Shown: positions 35,943 through 46,532 of the stretch, one piece after another
Layout of the letters: every line of letters starts with the position of its first letter
Numbering within the stretch: the stretch's first letter is position 1
Assembly (NCBI GenBank): GCA_016215705.1
Contig: JACRIR010000051.1
Coordinates: forward strand, 7,771 to 71,770
Direction: 5' to 3'
Source of the DNA: Candidatus Poribacteria bacterium
GTDB taxonomy: Bacteria > Abyssobacteria > SURF-5
DNA length: 64,000 nucleotides
Notes under the pieces: generated by a model
What the model saw: only the letters and a program-made list of their open reading frames with translations
Databases searched by the model: none
What the model was told of the DNA's origin: nothing
Made by a program: the position numbers and the translations under genes

Positions 35943-37877
35943 CTATGAGTTCTTGCTCTTCAACACACGGTAGTCCCCGACTCTCGCCGTCAACCCAATC
36001 TTGTCAAAGTACTCAAGCAGCGGGACCGCATGCTTGCGGCTTACGCCAAGGACGGTCTTCAGGTCGCCAACGCCAAGCTTGTCGGCCTTTTGGAAATGCT
36101 CTTTGATTCTGCGTATCGCGGGCTCGAGGAAATCCTTGTGGTAGGCCATCGTGGGACTGATCTTTATGATCATCCCCTCCTCCAGCAGCAACGAAATCAT
36201 CTGCTTTGCGCTTTTGGAATCACCAATCTGTTCTTCAACCTGGCTGAATGTCGGCGGCGAGTAACCGGCATCTCGAAAGATTGATTCCATTCTGTGTCTT
36301 GCCGCTTTCTGGGCTTCGGTTATCTGAGCTTTTCTGCCTTTGAATCTAATCCCTTCGGCGGCAGCCTCGATCACATCAGATTGGATGAGTTCAATCATGA
36401 TTCTGTCAAAAATGTGCGCATCGATCTCGCCCAACCGGCTCCGCAATTCCTCCCTTGGCATGAACAGGCGGTGCGGCTGAGACGCAAAGAATCCTTTCAT
36501 CTCCTCAGTGGCGCGTTTTCTTATCTGCTCGAAGCGATCCCGAAAGACGATAAGCATGTCATCGCCGCCGGCGAACGATAGGATGGTTCCCTTCTTGATG
36601 TGCGCGTCCACCACCGCGCGCACCTTTTCTATTGGCTCCCCCACGCGTGAAGCAAGGGCGCGTAGCCTTTCGCCCGTATCCTTTTGGGCAAGGAACGCGA
36701 GAGCAACTTCTCCCGAGGTGGCTTTCTCAAGCTTCTTGAGACAATCTGACCTATCCGTCTCTTTTCGTCTCAATTTGGCCGGCCCCACGTCGATAACAAC
36801 CCCTCCGCCAATCGTGAATTCAGGCGATTCTCCCCTGAGCACAAAACGGTCGCCCCGAAACGCGCACAGCGCATGCGCTGGATGAATCTGCACGTAAGCC
36901 TCTTCGCCCGGGTTGAGCTTAAGCGTATCGATGAGATTCATGCGCGCAAGCCGCTGGCTTGTAGCGAGATAGAGCTTGACACTCGAGGTCCTTGGAATCG
37001 CTCGAGGCGCAGAAGCCAACAACTGAATCCTCGCGTCGAGAATGCTCGTTGCTTCTGCCGTACCCTGTCTCACAAGGGTATCGCCGCGCTCGATTTGCTG
37101 AACGGAAATATTGGCCAGGTTCATCGCAGCCCGCATCCCGGCGGAAATCCTCTCCTGCTTGACGCCATGGCTCTGCAATTGACGCGCTCGTGTCGATAAT
37201 CCGGAAGGGAGAACAACCACAGGCTCATCCTCGGAAAGATGGCCCGAGAACACGGTTCCCGTGACCACCGTTCCAAAACCCTTCATGGTGAAAACGCGAT
37301 CTATGGGGAATCGGAACAGCCCCTCTTCGTCCTTTTGCCGCTGTTCCTCCACGGCCTGCCTGATCAATTCCCTGATTCGATCAAGTCCTTCACCTGTCTT
37401 CGCCGACACTCTTTCAATGGGCGCCCCCTCGAGGAATGTGCCTTTCACAATCTCCTCGATTTCCGCCTCGACGATCGCCACCATTTCGCTGTCGGCCGCG
37501 TCGATCTTATTAATCGCTACGATTCCCCGAGGAATAGCAAGGAGTTTCATGATCTCGAGGTGCTCGCGCGTTTGTGGCATCACACTCTCCGTGGCGTCCA
37601 CCACGAGGATGACAATATCCATGCCTGCCGCCCCTGCAAGCATGTTCTTTACGAATTTTTCGTGTCCGGGAACGTCCACGAACGCAACGCGAGTGCCGTC
37701 AGGAAGATCGAAATGCGCAAAACCGAGATCTATTGTCATCCCGCGCTCTTGTTCCTCCTTGAGGCGGTCCGGATCAATGCCCGTGAGAGCTTTTACCAGC
37801 GCGGATTTTCCGTGATCTATGTGGCCGGCAGTGCCGACAATGAGGTGTTTCATTGGGAACCGTATCCCCTTCACCAA
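35943..37877 (-). CDS. selB: selenocysteine-specific translation elongation factor
   Basis: 644 aa. GTPase domain with G1 motif GHIDHGKS, followed by domains II to IV and C-terminal winged-helix (SECIS-binding) repeats. Confidence 0.9.
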   Translation of the reverse strand: MVKGIRFPMKHLIVGTAGHIDHGKSALVKALTGIDPDRLKEEQERGMTIDLGFAHFDLPDGTRVAFVDVPGHEKFVKNMLAGAAGMDIVILVVDATESVMPQTREHLEIMKLLAIPRGIVAINKIDAADSEMVAIVEAEIEEIVKGTFLEGAPIERVSAKTGEGLDRIRELIRQAVEEQRQKDEEGLFRFPIDRVFTMKGFGTVVTGTVFSGHLSEDEPVVVLPSGLSTRARQLQSHGVKQERISAGMRAAMNLANISVQQIERGDTLVRQGTAEATSILDARIQLLASAPRAIPRTSSVKLYLATSQRLARMNLIDTLKLNPGEEAYVQIHPAHALCAFRGDRFVLRGESPEFTIGGGVVIDVGPAKLRRKETDRSDCLKKLEKATSGEVALAFLAQKDTGERLRALASRVGEPIEKVRAVVDAHIKKGTILSFAGGDDMLIVFRDRFEQIRKRATEEMKGFFASQPHRLFMPREELRSRLGEIDAHIFDRIMIELIQSDVIEAAAEGIRFKGRKAQITEAQKAARHRMESIFRDAGYSPPTFSQVEEQIGDSKSAKQMISLLLEEGMIIKISPTMAYHKDFLEPAIRRIKEHFQKADKLGVGDLKTVLGVSRKHAVPLLEYFDKIGLTARVGDYRVLKSKNS

Positions 37878-37920
37878 AAGGAATGCTGATGCTCCCCCTG
37901 TTGAATTTGTCCAACAATCG

Positions 37921-37953
37921 TTGTAGGGGCACGGCGCGCCGTGCCCCTACAGG
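37921..37953. repeat. palindrome family C (TGTAGGGGC...GCCCCTACA), copy 1
   Basis: ttgtaggggcacggcgcgccgtgcccctacagg, immediately upstream of the selB start. Confidence 0.6.
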
Positions 37954-38022
37954 CGATACTGCCTCGAAATAGCAATTGCAGAGCAGTCTCTCCTAACTTT
38001 TTGTCAAAAGGCGGTTCTTCTT

Positions 38023-38082
38023 CCCCCCTTTGAAAAAGGACCATCTTTCTTCACCCCCCTTTGATAAAGGGGGAAGGGGGGA
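38023..38082. repeat. hairpin family B (CCCCCCTTTGAAAAAGGGGG), two tandem copies
   Basis: cccccctttgaaaaagg...cccccctttgataaagggggaagggggg. Confidence 0.6.
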
Positions 38083-38178
38083 TTTTACAGTCCGGGTGTG
38101 TGTGCCGCGTTTACCGGTGGAGCACTACCACACGTTCACATACGAAGCACTAAGTAGGTCGCTTCATAAATCCTGTAT

Positions 38179-38214
38179 CGTATTTTGTAGGGGCGACTCG
38201 GTGAGCCGCCCTCG
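38179..38214. repeat. repeat family C variant (CGTATTTTGTAGGGGCGACTCGG)
   Basis: cgtattttgtaggggcgactcggtgagccgccctcg. A reverse-complement copy lies at 60187-60218. Confidence 0.6.
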
Positions 38215-38257
38215 CTAAATCCAGGCGCCTACGTCACCGTATTTATGAAAACATGCG

Positions 38258-39667
38258 CTAAGCCCCGGCGGCAATCTCCCGAAACGCTGCCACTATCTCA
38301 GACAATTCATCCGCCTGCACCGTTCTGAAATCGAGGCAAAAAGAATCGTTTCGGATTATCCCTATGATGGGAGGCGAATTTCGCCTCAAGCGGCTCGCAA
38401 TCTGCTCGGGTGAGAGCTTCTCCGGCTTGATGATTAGCAACTTTGTGGGGAGCGTCTGCCCCGGACACGAACCGCCGCCAATCTGCGATTCTCCGTCAGC
38501 GATATCGGCGCGCAGGATCCTTCGCAACTGACTACCCATCTCATCAAGAACTCTTCCTGCCATCTTGCCGATATCATCCGGCGTGCGAGAGATTATTCCA
38601 AGCGTCGGTATCTCTTTTTCCGGCGCGCGCGATGATTGCAGAATCTGGAAAAGCACGCCGAGCGCAGAAAGCGTCATCTTGTCGACACGCAGGGCCCGCA
38701 TCAGAGGGTTCTTGCGAATTGCCCGCACGTATTCAGCCTTTCCCACGACTATGCCCGCCTGCGGGCCACCCAACAGCTTGTCGCCACTGAATGTTACGAT
38801 ATCGGCGCCGGTCTTGACGCTGGCCTGGGGCGTTGGCTCACCGCTGATTCCGAACTTCGTCATATCCACGATTGCGCCGCTGCCGAGGTCTTCCATCACG
38901 GGAACGCCGTGTTTTCGGCCGAGTTCAACCAACTCTGACAGTGGCGTCTGATTCGTGAATCCGACGATGCGGTAATTGCTCGGGTGAACTTTGAGCAGTA
39001 GAGCAGTTTCAGGCGAGAGCGCTCGCTCATAGTCATATATATATGTTCGGTTTGTGGCGCCTACCTCCACGAGTTTCGCGCCGCTCTTGGCCATTACCTC
39101 CGGTATCCGGAACGAGCCGCCTATTTCCACAAGCTCACCACGTGACACGATAACCTCGCGCCCCTTGGCAAATGTGTCCAGCGCAAGCATGACCGCTGCC
39201 GCATTGTTGTTTACGACGGTCGCAGCCTCGGCCCCCGTAACCGAGCAGATGACCGGCTCGATGACAGAATCGCGGTGGCCTCGCTCGCCTGTCGAAAGGT
39301 CAATCTCGAGGTTGCAGTAGCGAGCTGCCACGTCCGCCATTGCTGCGATAACCTTGGGCCCGACGAGAGAACGGCCCAAATTTGTATGAATCACCACCCC
39401 CGTGCCGTTTATCACTCGGCGCAGAGCAGGGGAGAGGCGAGCCGATGCTCTGCCCACCACTTCATCCTCGATGGCGCCCAACTCAAGGGGCGGTGAGTTC
39501 TTACGAGCTTTCTTTTGGCCGGACCGGATTTCCTCGAGCACCTCGCGAACGACCTCCGTCACAAACGCATCTGTCAGCCCCTGAAGGAGACCCATCACTT
39601 TGGGAGTCTGCTTCACCTTCTCCACGCTGGGAATGCGGCTCAGATTTGTCCGGGATTCTTGTGCCAT
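38258..39667 (-). CDS. selA: L-seryl-tRNA(Sec) selenium transferase
   Basis: PLP-lysine region FSGDKLLGGPQAGIVVGK and conserved SelA core. The ORF track extends to 39760, but the Met at 39667 gives the typical ~469 aa length. Confidence 0.88.
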   Translation of the reverse strand: MAQESRTNLSRIPSVEKVKQTPKVMGLLQGLTDAFVTEVVREVLEEIRSGQKKARKNSPPLELGAIEDEVVGRASARLSPALRRVINGTGVVIHTNLGRSLVGPKVIAAMADVAARYCNLEIDLSTGERGHRDSVIEPVICSVTGAEAATVVNNNAAAVMLALDTFAKGREVIVSRGELVEIGGSFRIPEVMAKSGAKLVEVGATNRTYIYDYERALSPETALLLKVHPSNYRIVGFTNQTPLSELVELGRKHGVPVMEDLGSGAIVDMTKFGISGEPTPQASVKTGADIVTFSGDKLLGGPQAGIVVGKAEYVRAIRKNPLMRALRVDKMTLSALGVLFQILQSSRAPEKEIPTLGIISRTPDDIGKMAGRVLDEMGSQLRRILRADIADGESQIGGGSCPGQTLPTKLLIIKPEKLSPEQIASRLRRNSPPIIGIIRNDSFCLDFRTVQADELSEIVAAFREIAAGA

Positions 39668-39906
39668 AAGTAGTTGTATCCAATTGTCAAAATCCCTGCA
39701 ATTCTTACACAATACGCAACCAATTGTCAACCGCCCCTTGAGGTTCGGTGCTTGCCGCATTCAGCGATGCCTGCCGGGCGCATATACGGGCGCATATAGG
39801 CGCAAATACTTGAACAGTTGCTCATTCTTGCTAACATCGGCGAAGCATGACATATTAGTTAAAGTAAGAAGCAACCAGACCAAAACTATGGAAAGGAGAG
39901 ACTACA

Positions 39907-40575
39907 ATGATGAAAGCCTTTTCTAGTCTTTTGGCTTTGTTAACGATTCTGTGTATTCCATCTCTCGGATACGGACAGGTGCTTGGTTTTCAGGCGAACC
40001 TTACGGGGGCGCAAGAAGTGCCTCCAGTGGCGACTATCTCAACTGGCAGCGCAGATGTGACCTTCGACGCGGGCCTTACTACGGCGATGGTCAATCTCAC
40101 GGTATTTGACGGCATCGGCGTAACCCAGGCGCACATGCATTGCGCAGCGGCCGGAGCAAATGGCCCTGTTGTGGCATTCCTTTTCGGGTTTGTTCCCGCT
40201 GGCGTTGACGTCGACGGTCTCCTCGCACAACTCGTTCTGACAGACGCCGACATTATCCCGCAGAATCCGCCCGCGCCGACCTGCGGCATGGTCATAACTG
40301 ATGTCGCATCTCTTCAGGCGGCAATGATGGCCGGCAAAATCTACGCGAATGTCCATACTCTTTTCTTTCCCGGCGGAGAAATCAGAGGGCAACTGTTACC
40401 CAGGCTGTCGTCATCTGAAGAGCTAGACGAAGCAGAAATCGAGGAACCGGAAGAGCCGGAAGTTGAAGAGCCGGAGGTCGAAGAACCGGATGTTGATGAA
40501 CCTGAAATCGAGGAACCGGATGTCAGCGATTCTGATTTCGGTCAGATCGTGATCGGCAATCCAACCATCAATTGA
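39907..40575 (+). CDS. CHRD domain-containing secreted protein with acidic EEPEV-type C-terminal repeats
   Basis: Signal peptide. CHRD signature (LTGAQEVPPV...AHMHCAAAGANGPV...ANVHTLFFPGGEIRGQL). C-terminal EEPEEPEVEEPEVEEPDVDEPEIEEPDV. Confidence 0.7.
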   Translation: MMKAFSSLLALLTILCIPSLGYGQVLGFQANLTGAQEVPPVATISTGSADVTFDAGLTTAMVNLTVFDGIGVTQAHMHCAAAGANGPVVAFLFGFVPAGVDVDGLLAQLVLTDADIIPQNPPAPTCGMVITDVASLQAAMMAGKIYANVHTLFFPGGEIRGQLLPRLSSSEELDEAEIEEPEEPEVEEPEVEEPDVDEPEIEEPDVSDSDFGQIVIGNPTIN

Positions 40576-40980
40576 GTCCGATGGGGATACGGATGAACCC
40601 ACACATAGAGAGTGAAGGAGGTTTCGCCCAAAGCGGTTTCGCGACATATCGTACTGATTCAAGCGCCTGAATCAAATTCTGCTCGGCATCGGCGAGGAGG
40701 GGATTGAATCCCGACAAGAGCCGACGCGAGCAGAAAGGCGCTTTTTTCGTCTTTCAACCGCCTTGACATCATTTGGGGTATATGATAGACTACGCCCGCT
40801 TTTGACAGAGCCAATAAGAACTCACCTGATCTGGCTGTTATTTCTTCAATTATCTCCCGGTGCGAACAAGCGAATATTGAAGAAAGGTGTACGCATCTTT
40901 GGCCCTGACATCGTAAATTTATAGCATTCAAGGACTTAAGATAAGCAATCTTTTGTGAGAACCCATTTCGGGATAATAGC

Positions 40981-42531
40981 ATGTCGACTTTCGAGCAGAT
41001 CGATAAACTTAAGAAACTCCAGGAGCAGGCGCTCATGGGGGGTGGTGAGGAACGCATCAAGGAGCAACATGAAAAGGGTAAACTCACTGCCCGCGAAAGA
41101 ATTGATATGCTCTTAGATAAGGGTTCTTTCACAGAGTTGGGCGCATTTGTTACACATAAATGCGCACACTTCGGAATGGAGAAAAGAAAATATCTCGGCG
41201 ACGGAATCGTTACCGGCTATGGCGCTATTGCCGGACGGCAGGTGTATGTCTTTGCGCATGATTTCACCGTCGTCGGAGGCACTCTCGGCCACGCATTTGC
41301 AGAAAAAACGTGCAGACTAATGGAATTGGCGATGCGCAACGGCGCACCCGTCATCGGCCTGAACGACTCCGGTGGAGCGCGCATCCAGGAAGGCGTCGAA
41401 AGCCTTGCCGGATATGCAGACATATTCTTGCGCAATACGCTGGCCTCGGGCGTCATCCCGCAAATATCGGTCATTCTGGGTCCGTGCGCGGGCGGCTCGG
41501 TGTATTCTCCCGCGCTGACGGATTTCATCTTCATGGTCGACAACACGAGTTACATGTTCATAACCGGTCCCGAAGTGATCAAAGCGACCACCTACGAGGA
41601 AGTCACCAAGGAAGACCTTGGGGGGTCGCATACCCATTCGACCCGGAGCGGTGTTTGCCATTTCGCGATGCCCGATGAGACCAGTTGCTTTGACGCCATA
41701 CGCGAGCTCTTGTCATACGTTCCTCAGAACAACATCGAGGAACCTCCGTTCGTGCCGACTGCCGATCCGCCTGACCGCGCGGACGAATCGTTGAACTCAA
41801 TCATTCCTGACAATCCAAAGGAATCATATGACATGTACAAAGTCATTCGCTCGGTTGCGGATGACGGCCGTTTCTTGGAAGTCCATGCCGGGTTCGCGCG
41901 CAACATAATCGTGGGTTTCGCTCGACTTGGAGGACGGTCCGTCGGCATTGTGGCAAATCAGCCGATGGCGCTGGCCGGCTGCCTCGACATAAATGCGTCC
42001 GTTAAAGCAGCCCGGTTCGTACGGTTCTGCGATGCGTTCAACATCCCGATAGTTACCTTCGAGGATGTGCCGGGGTTCCTGCCGGGCACAGCCCAGGAAT
42101 TCGGCGGGATAATCGTTCATGGCGCGAAACTCTTGTACGCTTACTGCGAAGCTACCGTGCCCCGTGTTACCGTTATCACCCGCAAGGCCTATGGCGGCGC
42201 ATACTGCGTGATGTCGTCTAAACATGTGCGGTGCGACATCAATTATGCATGGCCCTCAGCCGAGATCGCCGTAATGGGTCCTGACGGAGCCATCAATATC
42301 GTCTTTCGGAAAGAACTCGCCGAGGCAAAAGACCGCGAAGAGGCCCGCAAAAAGCTGCTCGAGGACTATAAGGAGAAGTTTGCGAGTCCGTACATCGCCG
42401 CCGAACTCGGATATGTGGACGAAGTAATCGAACCCGGGATGACGCGGGTGAAGCTAATAAGAGCGCTTGAGTCGCTCCGGAATAAACGCGATACAAATCC
42501 ACCCAAGAAACACGGGAATATTCCCCTGTGA
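40981..42531 (+). CDS. acyl-CoA carboxylase carboxyltransferase subunit (propionyl-CoA carboxylase beta / methylmalonyl-CoA decarboxylase alpha / transcarboxylase 12S family)
   Basis: 516 aa with both CT half-domains ([14 protein letters not shown]; [16 protein letters not shown]; [17 protein letters not shown]). Confidence 0.9.
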   Translation: MSTFEQIDKLKKLQEQALMGGGEERIKEQHEKGKLTARERIDMLLDKGSFTELGAFVTHKCAHFGMEKRKYLGDGIVTGYGAIAGRQVYVFAHDFTVVGGTLGHAFAEKTCRLMELAMRNGAPVIGLNDSGGARIQEGVESLAGYADIFLRNTLASGVIPQISVILGPCAGGSVYSPALTDFIFMVDNTSYMFITGPEVIKATTYEEVTKEDLGGSHTHSTRSGVCHFAMPDETSCFDAIRELLSYVPQNNIEEPPFVPTADPPDRADESLNSIIPDNPKESYDMYKVIRSVADDGRFLEVHAGFARNIIVGFARLGGRSVGIVANQPMALAGCLDINASVKAARFVRFCDAFNIPIVTFEDVPGFLPGTAQEFGGIIVHGAKLLYAYCEATVPRVTVITRKAYGGAYCVMSSKHVRCDINYAWPSAEIAVMGPDGAINIVFRKELAEAKDREEARKKLLEDYKEKFASPYIAAELGYVDEVIEPGMTRVKLIRALESLRNKRDTNPPKKHGNIPL

Positions 42532-42593
42532 CTTTCGACCTTCGACCGTGCGATGACATGGGTTTTGGCTGCGGCTACACCGCGTCGTGAGAT

Positions 42594-43082
42594 GTGAGGC
42601 CTTTCGTTGTGAAGAAACTGGAGTTGCTGGTCAACGGGAAATCGTATAATGTGGAAGTAATCCGGACCGGCGGCGAAGTCGCTCGTGTGATCGTAAATGG
42701 CTCGCCATACGACGTCGTCATCAAGGACCTGCCGGAAGGGCATTTCCCGCAGGTGAGGACCACGGCCGAGAAGGCTGCGCAAGCCGCTGCTGTCGGTTTT
42801 CCACCCGCGCAGATGAAACATGAGTTCGCGGCCGCCGAAGGCGTTACCGTCGTAAAGTCGCCTCTCCCCGGCCTCATCCTCGACGTCAAGACGGGCGTAG
42901 GAGACTCAGTAAATGCCGGTGACACACTTGTCGTCATCGAAACCATGAAAATGGAGAATAATGTCGTATCGCCTGTTTCGGGTGTGGTCAAAGAAATCAA
43001 AGTCTCGAAAGACCAAACCGTGAACGAAGGGGTTCCTCTCATAGTCATCGGTCCCCTTTCCCCCTTTATTGTGAACGACTGA
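42594..43082 (+). CDS. biotin carboxyl carrier / biotin-requiring subunit (MmdC/OadG-like N-terminus plus biotinyl domain)
   Basis: Biotinyl-lysine motif IETMKMEN within LVVIETMKMENNVVSPVSGVVKEIKV. Confidence 0.8.
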   Translation: MRPFVVKKLELLVNGKSYNVEVIRTGGEVARVIVNGSPYDVVIKDLPEGHFPQVRTTAEKAAQAAAVGFPPAQMKHEFAAAEGVTVVKSPLPGLILDVKTGVGDSVNAGDTLVVIETMKMENNVVSPVSGVVKEIKVSKDQTVNEGVPLIVIGPLSPFIVND

Positions 43083-43170
43083 CCACGCCTTTGGTGTGAT
43101 TAACTGTGAAAGGAAGGCTCGTTGCGCTATGGTCATGCGGGTGGAGAGTAGCAATCTCTTCATCTTTGCT

Positions 43171-43215
43171 TTTCCCCTTTCGCCTTTGACCTTTCGCCTT
43201 TCGCCTTCCTTGGGA
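43171..43215. repeat. CTTTCGCC-motif repeat (family F), copy 2, directly upstream of the mutase RBS
   Basis: ttttcccctttcgcctttgacctttcgcctttcgccttccttggg. Confidence 0.5.
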
Positions 43216-43222
43216 GACGACT

Positions 43223-44887
43223 ATGAACATGGAAGAGCTTGGAAAACTACACAAGCAGTGGGAAGAAAAAACTCTGGGCAAGGTTTTGAGCAAGTTCCCC
43301 GAGCGATCAAACAAGTTCCAAACCGACTCCGGCATCGAACTTCGCCGCGTGTACTCACCCCTCGATCTTGACGACGTCGACTACCAGAGGGAACTGGCCT
43401 TTCCGGGCGAGTATCCCTATACGCGCGGAATTCAGCCGACCATGTATCGCGGCCGCCTTTGGACAATGCGCCAATATGCCGGCTTTGCCAACGCGCGGGA
43501 ATCGAATCGTCGTTACCGCTTCCTGCTTGAGCACGGACAAACGGGCCTGAGCATCGCGTTCGATCTGCCCACTCAGATAGGCTACGATTCCGATCATCCC
43601 CTGGCCGATGGGGAAGTCGGCAAGGTCGGCGTCGTCATCGATTCTTTGAGAGACGTCGAAATCCTTTTCGACCAGATTCCTCTCGATAAGGTGACGACCT
43701 CGATGACAATCAATTCGACTGCCGCGATCTTGCTTGCCATGTATGTGGCGCTTGCGAAGAAACGGGGGACCCCGCTCGACAAACTCGGTGGCACGATACA
43801 GAACGATATCCTCAAGGAATACGTTGCTCGCGGGACACACAGGTTTCCGATAAATCCCTCGATGCGCCTAGTAACCGACACTTTTAAATACTGCACGAAG
43901 AATCTGCCCCGTTGGAACATGATCAGCATCAGCGGGTATCACATACGCGAGGCGGGCTCCACGGCAGTCCAGGAAGTAGCCTTCACCCTTGCGAATGCGA
44001 TTGCCTACGTGCAAGCCGCAGTTGACGCCGGCCTCGATGTCGACGACTTTGCCGGACGCCTTTCGTTCTTCTTCAATTCGCATAACAACTTTTTTGAAGA
44101 AATTGCGAAATTCCGGGCCGCGAGGCGACTGTGGGCTCGCATTGTGAGAGACCGTTTCCATGCGAAGAAACCCGGCTCGGAAATGCTTCGCTTTCATACG
44201 CAGACCGCCGGATGCACGCTCACCGTTCAGCAATATGAGAACAACGTCGTGCGCGTGGCTTTCCAGGCGTTGGCAGCCGTGCTGGGCGGAACGCAATCGC
44301 TTCATACCAACTCGAGGGATGAGGCTCTGTGCCTGCCGACCGAGGAATCCGTCCGGTTGGCGCTGCGCACCCAGCAGCTGATTGGTTACGAGAGCGGTGT
44401 CGCCGATGTCGTCGACCCGCTGGGCGGCTCCTACTTCATTGAGCGTCTTACATCCGAGATCGAAAAGGCCGCAGCCGACTACATTCAAAAGATCGACTCG
44501 ATGGGCGGTTCGATCTCTGCGATCAAAAACGCCTATCTGCAAAAGGAAATCCAGGATAGTTCATACAGGTATCAGCAAGCAATCGAGAGCGGCGAAAAAG
44601 TAATTGTGGGAGTCAATAAGTTCCAGACCGAAGAGCCGCCTCCGGAGAAACTGCTCGAGGTCGATCCGAAAACACAGGCCGAGCAAATCGAAGGGCTGAA
44701 AAAAGTGCGCGCCGAGCGAGACAACGCTTCCGCGCAAGCATCGCTCGAGCGCCTGCGGGAAGCCGCATCGGGCGACGTTAACCTCATGGAGCCCATAATC
44801 GAGTGCGTCGAGAGATATGTAACCCTTGGTGAGATATGCTCAACGCTGGCGCAGGTTTTTGGAGAAGCGGCCGAAACCAATCCGTAG
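43223..44887 (+). CDS. methylmalonyl-CoA mutase large subunit (catalytic domain only, canonical)
   Basis: 554 aa. The canonical MCM substrate residues are present (RQYAGF Tyr, VARGTH Arg, [16 protein letters not shown]). No fused B12 domain. Confidence 0.9.
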   Translation: MNMEELGKLHKQWEEKTLGKVLSKFPERSNKFQTDSGIELRRVYSPLDLDDVDYQRELAFPGEYPYTRGIQPTMYRGRLWTMRQYAGFANARESNRRYRFLLEHGQTGLSIAFDLPTQIGYDSDHPLADGEVGKVGVVIDSLRDVEILFDQIPLDKVTTSMTINSTAAILLAMYVALAKKRGTPLDKLGGTIQNDILKEYVARGTHRFPINPSMRLVTDTFKYCTKNLPRWNMISISGYHIREAGSTAVQEVAFTLANAIAYVQAAVDAGLDVDDFAGRLSFFFNSHNNFFEEIAKFRAARRLWARIVRDRFHAKKPGSEMLRFHTQTAGCTLTVQQYENNVVRVAFQALAAVLGGTQSLHTNSRDEALCLPTEESVRLALRTQQLIGYESGVADVVDPLGGSYFIERLTSEIEKAAADYIQKIDSMGGSISAIKNAYLQKEIQDSSYRYQQAIESGEKVIVGVNKFQTEEPPPEKLLEVDPKTQAEQIEGLKKVRAERDNASAQASLERLREAASGDVNLMEPIIECVERYVTLGEICSTLAQVFGEAAETNP

Positions 44888-44942
44888 AAGGGCTTATTTC
44901 AGGAGAGCCTACTTTCCCCTTTTATCCATCAAAGGATACGCA

Positions 44943-45455
44943 ATGATACATAACTACGGCGACCGCAAACCCTCCATCTCTCCGACCGCCTTTCTCGCCG
45001 ACGGCGTCCAAATCATCGGCGCCGTCGAAATCCGCGACAACGCGAGCATCTGGTTCAACACGGTGCTTCGCGGCGACATCAACGACGTGCGTGTGGGCGC
45101 TTGCAGCAACATTCAGGATAATTCCACCCTTCACGTCGCGGACGAATGGCCGTGCATAGTTGGGGATTACGTGACCGTCGGGCATGGCGCCAATCTGCAT
45201 GGATGCGTCATCGAAAATGAGGTCGTTGTAGGAATGGGCGCCGTCATATTGAACGGCGCAGTGGTTGGATATCAGTCGGTCATCGGCGCAGGATCTGTCA
45301 TCCCGCCGAATACCAAAATTCCTCCTCGCAGCATGGTAATAGGTGTGCCTGCGAAAGTAACGAAACAACTTTCGGAAACTGAGGCGGCTGGCAACAAATA
45401 CTGGGCCGAGAAGTACGTGCGCGTGAGCCGCGCGTATCTCGGCGCTGCGGTCTAG
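44943..45455 (+). CDS. gamma-class carbonic anhydrase family protein (left-handed beta-helix, hexapeptide repeats)
   Basis: Start at MIHNYG. The ORF-track start at 44826 overlaps the mutase gene. Gamma-CA/PaaY-like motifs NASIWFNTVLRGD and HGANLHGC. Confidence 0.8.
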   Translation: MIHNYGDRKPSISPTAFLADGVQIIGAVEIRDNASIWFNTVLRGDINDVRVGACSNIQDNSTLHVADEWPCIVGDYVTVGHGANLHGCVIENEVVVGMGAVILNGAVVGYQSVIGAGSVIPPNTKIPPRSMVIGVPAKVTKQLSETEAAGNKYWAEKYVRVSRAYLGAAV

Positions 45456-45489
45456 CACGCGTCCACAATCTTATTTGTGGGTATAGGTG

Positions 45490-45529
45490 TATAGCTTCGT
45501 AGGGGCGTCACGCCTCGGCGTGACTGTGC
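45490..45529. repeat. palindrome family C, copy 2
   Basis: cgtaggggcgtcacgcctcggcgtgactgtgcccctacag. Confidence 0.6.
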
Positions 45530-45577
45530 CCCTACAGAAACTGGCAAAAACAAAATTTACCAAGCATTAGGCTACAC

Positions 45578-46327
45578 ATGGAGAAACAAACAAAATCTCG
45601 AAGAGTGCATCCGCTGGTTCGAGCCATCCTTTGGATGCTCCCGCCTGTCTACAAGGCCTACATGGGCCTTGTTTTCCTCACCAGTAAGCGGACGTTCTAT
45701 AATTTCGGTGCTATGAAGAAACTGCGCGATGAGGGGGCAAGCATACTGGGCGCAATTTGGCACCAGAATGTCGTACTTGTGCCATTTACGTTCCGTAGCT
45801 ACAACGTCGTCACAATGGTGAGCCACAGCGACCAGGGGGCGGTCATGGCGCCCATCGCCAAAAGGCTTGGCTTCATTCCCATCCGCGGAGGCAGCTCGAT
45901 GGGAGGCAGCGAAGCGCTCGCCACCGTCATCGACTATGTCCGCACACACGATAGAATCTTCTGCGGACTTACAGTTGACGGCTCGCGCGGGCCGAATCGA
46001 AAAGTGAAGAAAGGCATAATTGTCATTGCGAAGGAATCCGGAGCACCCATCTACCCCGTGATGGCTTGGGCCAAACGCAAAATACTGCTTCCCACTTGGG
46101 ACCACACTTTGGTTCCCCTTCCGTTCAACGAATTCGTGTACTTTTGCGGAACACCGGTTACTGTGTCTCGCGAAGCTGCCCTCGAGGGAATTGAGGCCAA
46201 AAGGAAAGAACTCGAAGACAACCTTCTAAAATTGGCGGAAAGAGCCGAGAACCATTTCACCTCCGACCGGCCAAAGGAATATCCGAACGACTCGAAAGCC
46301 GTTCACTACGGCACCCGCACTGTCTAG
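45578..46327 (+). CDS. DUF374-like lysophospholipid-acyltransferase-superfamily protein
   Basis: 249 aa. ILGAIWHQNVVLVPF...MVSHSDQGAVMA...GGSSMGG pattern, typical of DUF374/LPLAT. Confidence 0.55.
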   Translation: MEKQTKSRRVHPLVRAILWMLPPVYKAYMGLVFLTSKRTFYNFGAMKKLRDEGASILGAIWHQNVVLVPFTFRSYNVVTMVSHSDQGAVMAPIAKRLGFIPIRGGSSMGGSEALATVIDYVRTHDRIFCGLTVDGSRGPNRKVKKGIIVIAKESGAPIYPVMAWAKRKILLPTWDHTLVPLPFNEFVYFCGTPVTVSREAALEGIEAKRKELEDNLLKLAERAENHFTSDRPKEYPNDSKAVHYGTRTV

Positions 46328-46357
46328 TGGAGTGCTTCCTAAATTTTGTTGCAACAC

Positions 46358-46467
46358 TCCCCCTTTGAAAAAGGGGGACAAAAAGGAATTTAAGAAGTCG
46401 CAGAAGTCTTTGGGAACGAAAGTATTAAATCCCTCCCTACCCCCCTTTGCAAAGGGGGGTAGGGGGA
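46358..46467. repeat. hairpin family B, two copies
   Basis: ctccccctttgaaaaagggggac (46358-46379) and ccctaccccccctttgcaaaggggggtagggggac (46433-46467). Confidence 0.6.
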
Positions 46468-46532
46468 CTTAGACTCTTGTGTCGCAAGGCCCCCCGTGCT
46501 CCCCATGGCATGAAAAGTTAGAATTTGTTTCC

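Noticed and set aside
35667-36106. Small plus-strand ORFs (93 aa and 78 aa) downstream of the orphan promoter
   Set aside because: They are low-complexity, overlap the selB 3' end antisense, and lack RBSs. The promoter-to-hairpin unit is better explained as a non-coding transcript.
40659-41132. 157-aa minus-strand ORF in the gap upstream of the carboxyltransferase gene
   Set aside because: It overlaps the first 150 nt of the well-supported carboxyltransferase gene, is low-complexity and Ser/Cys-rich, and has no RBS. It is likely spurious.
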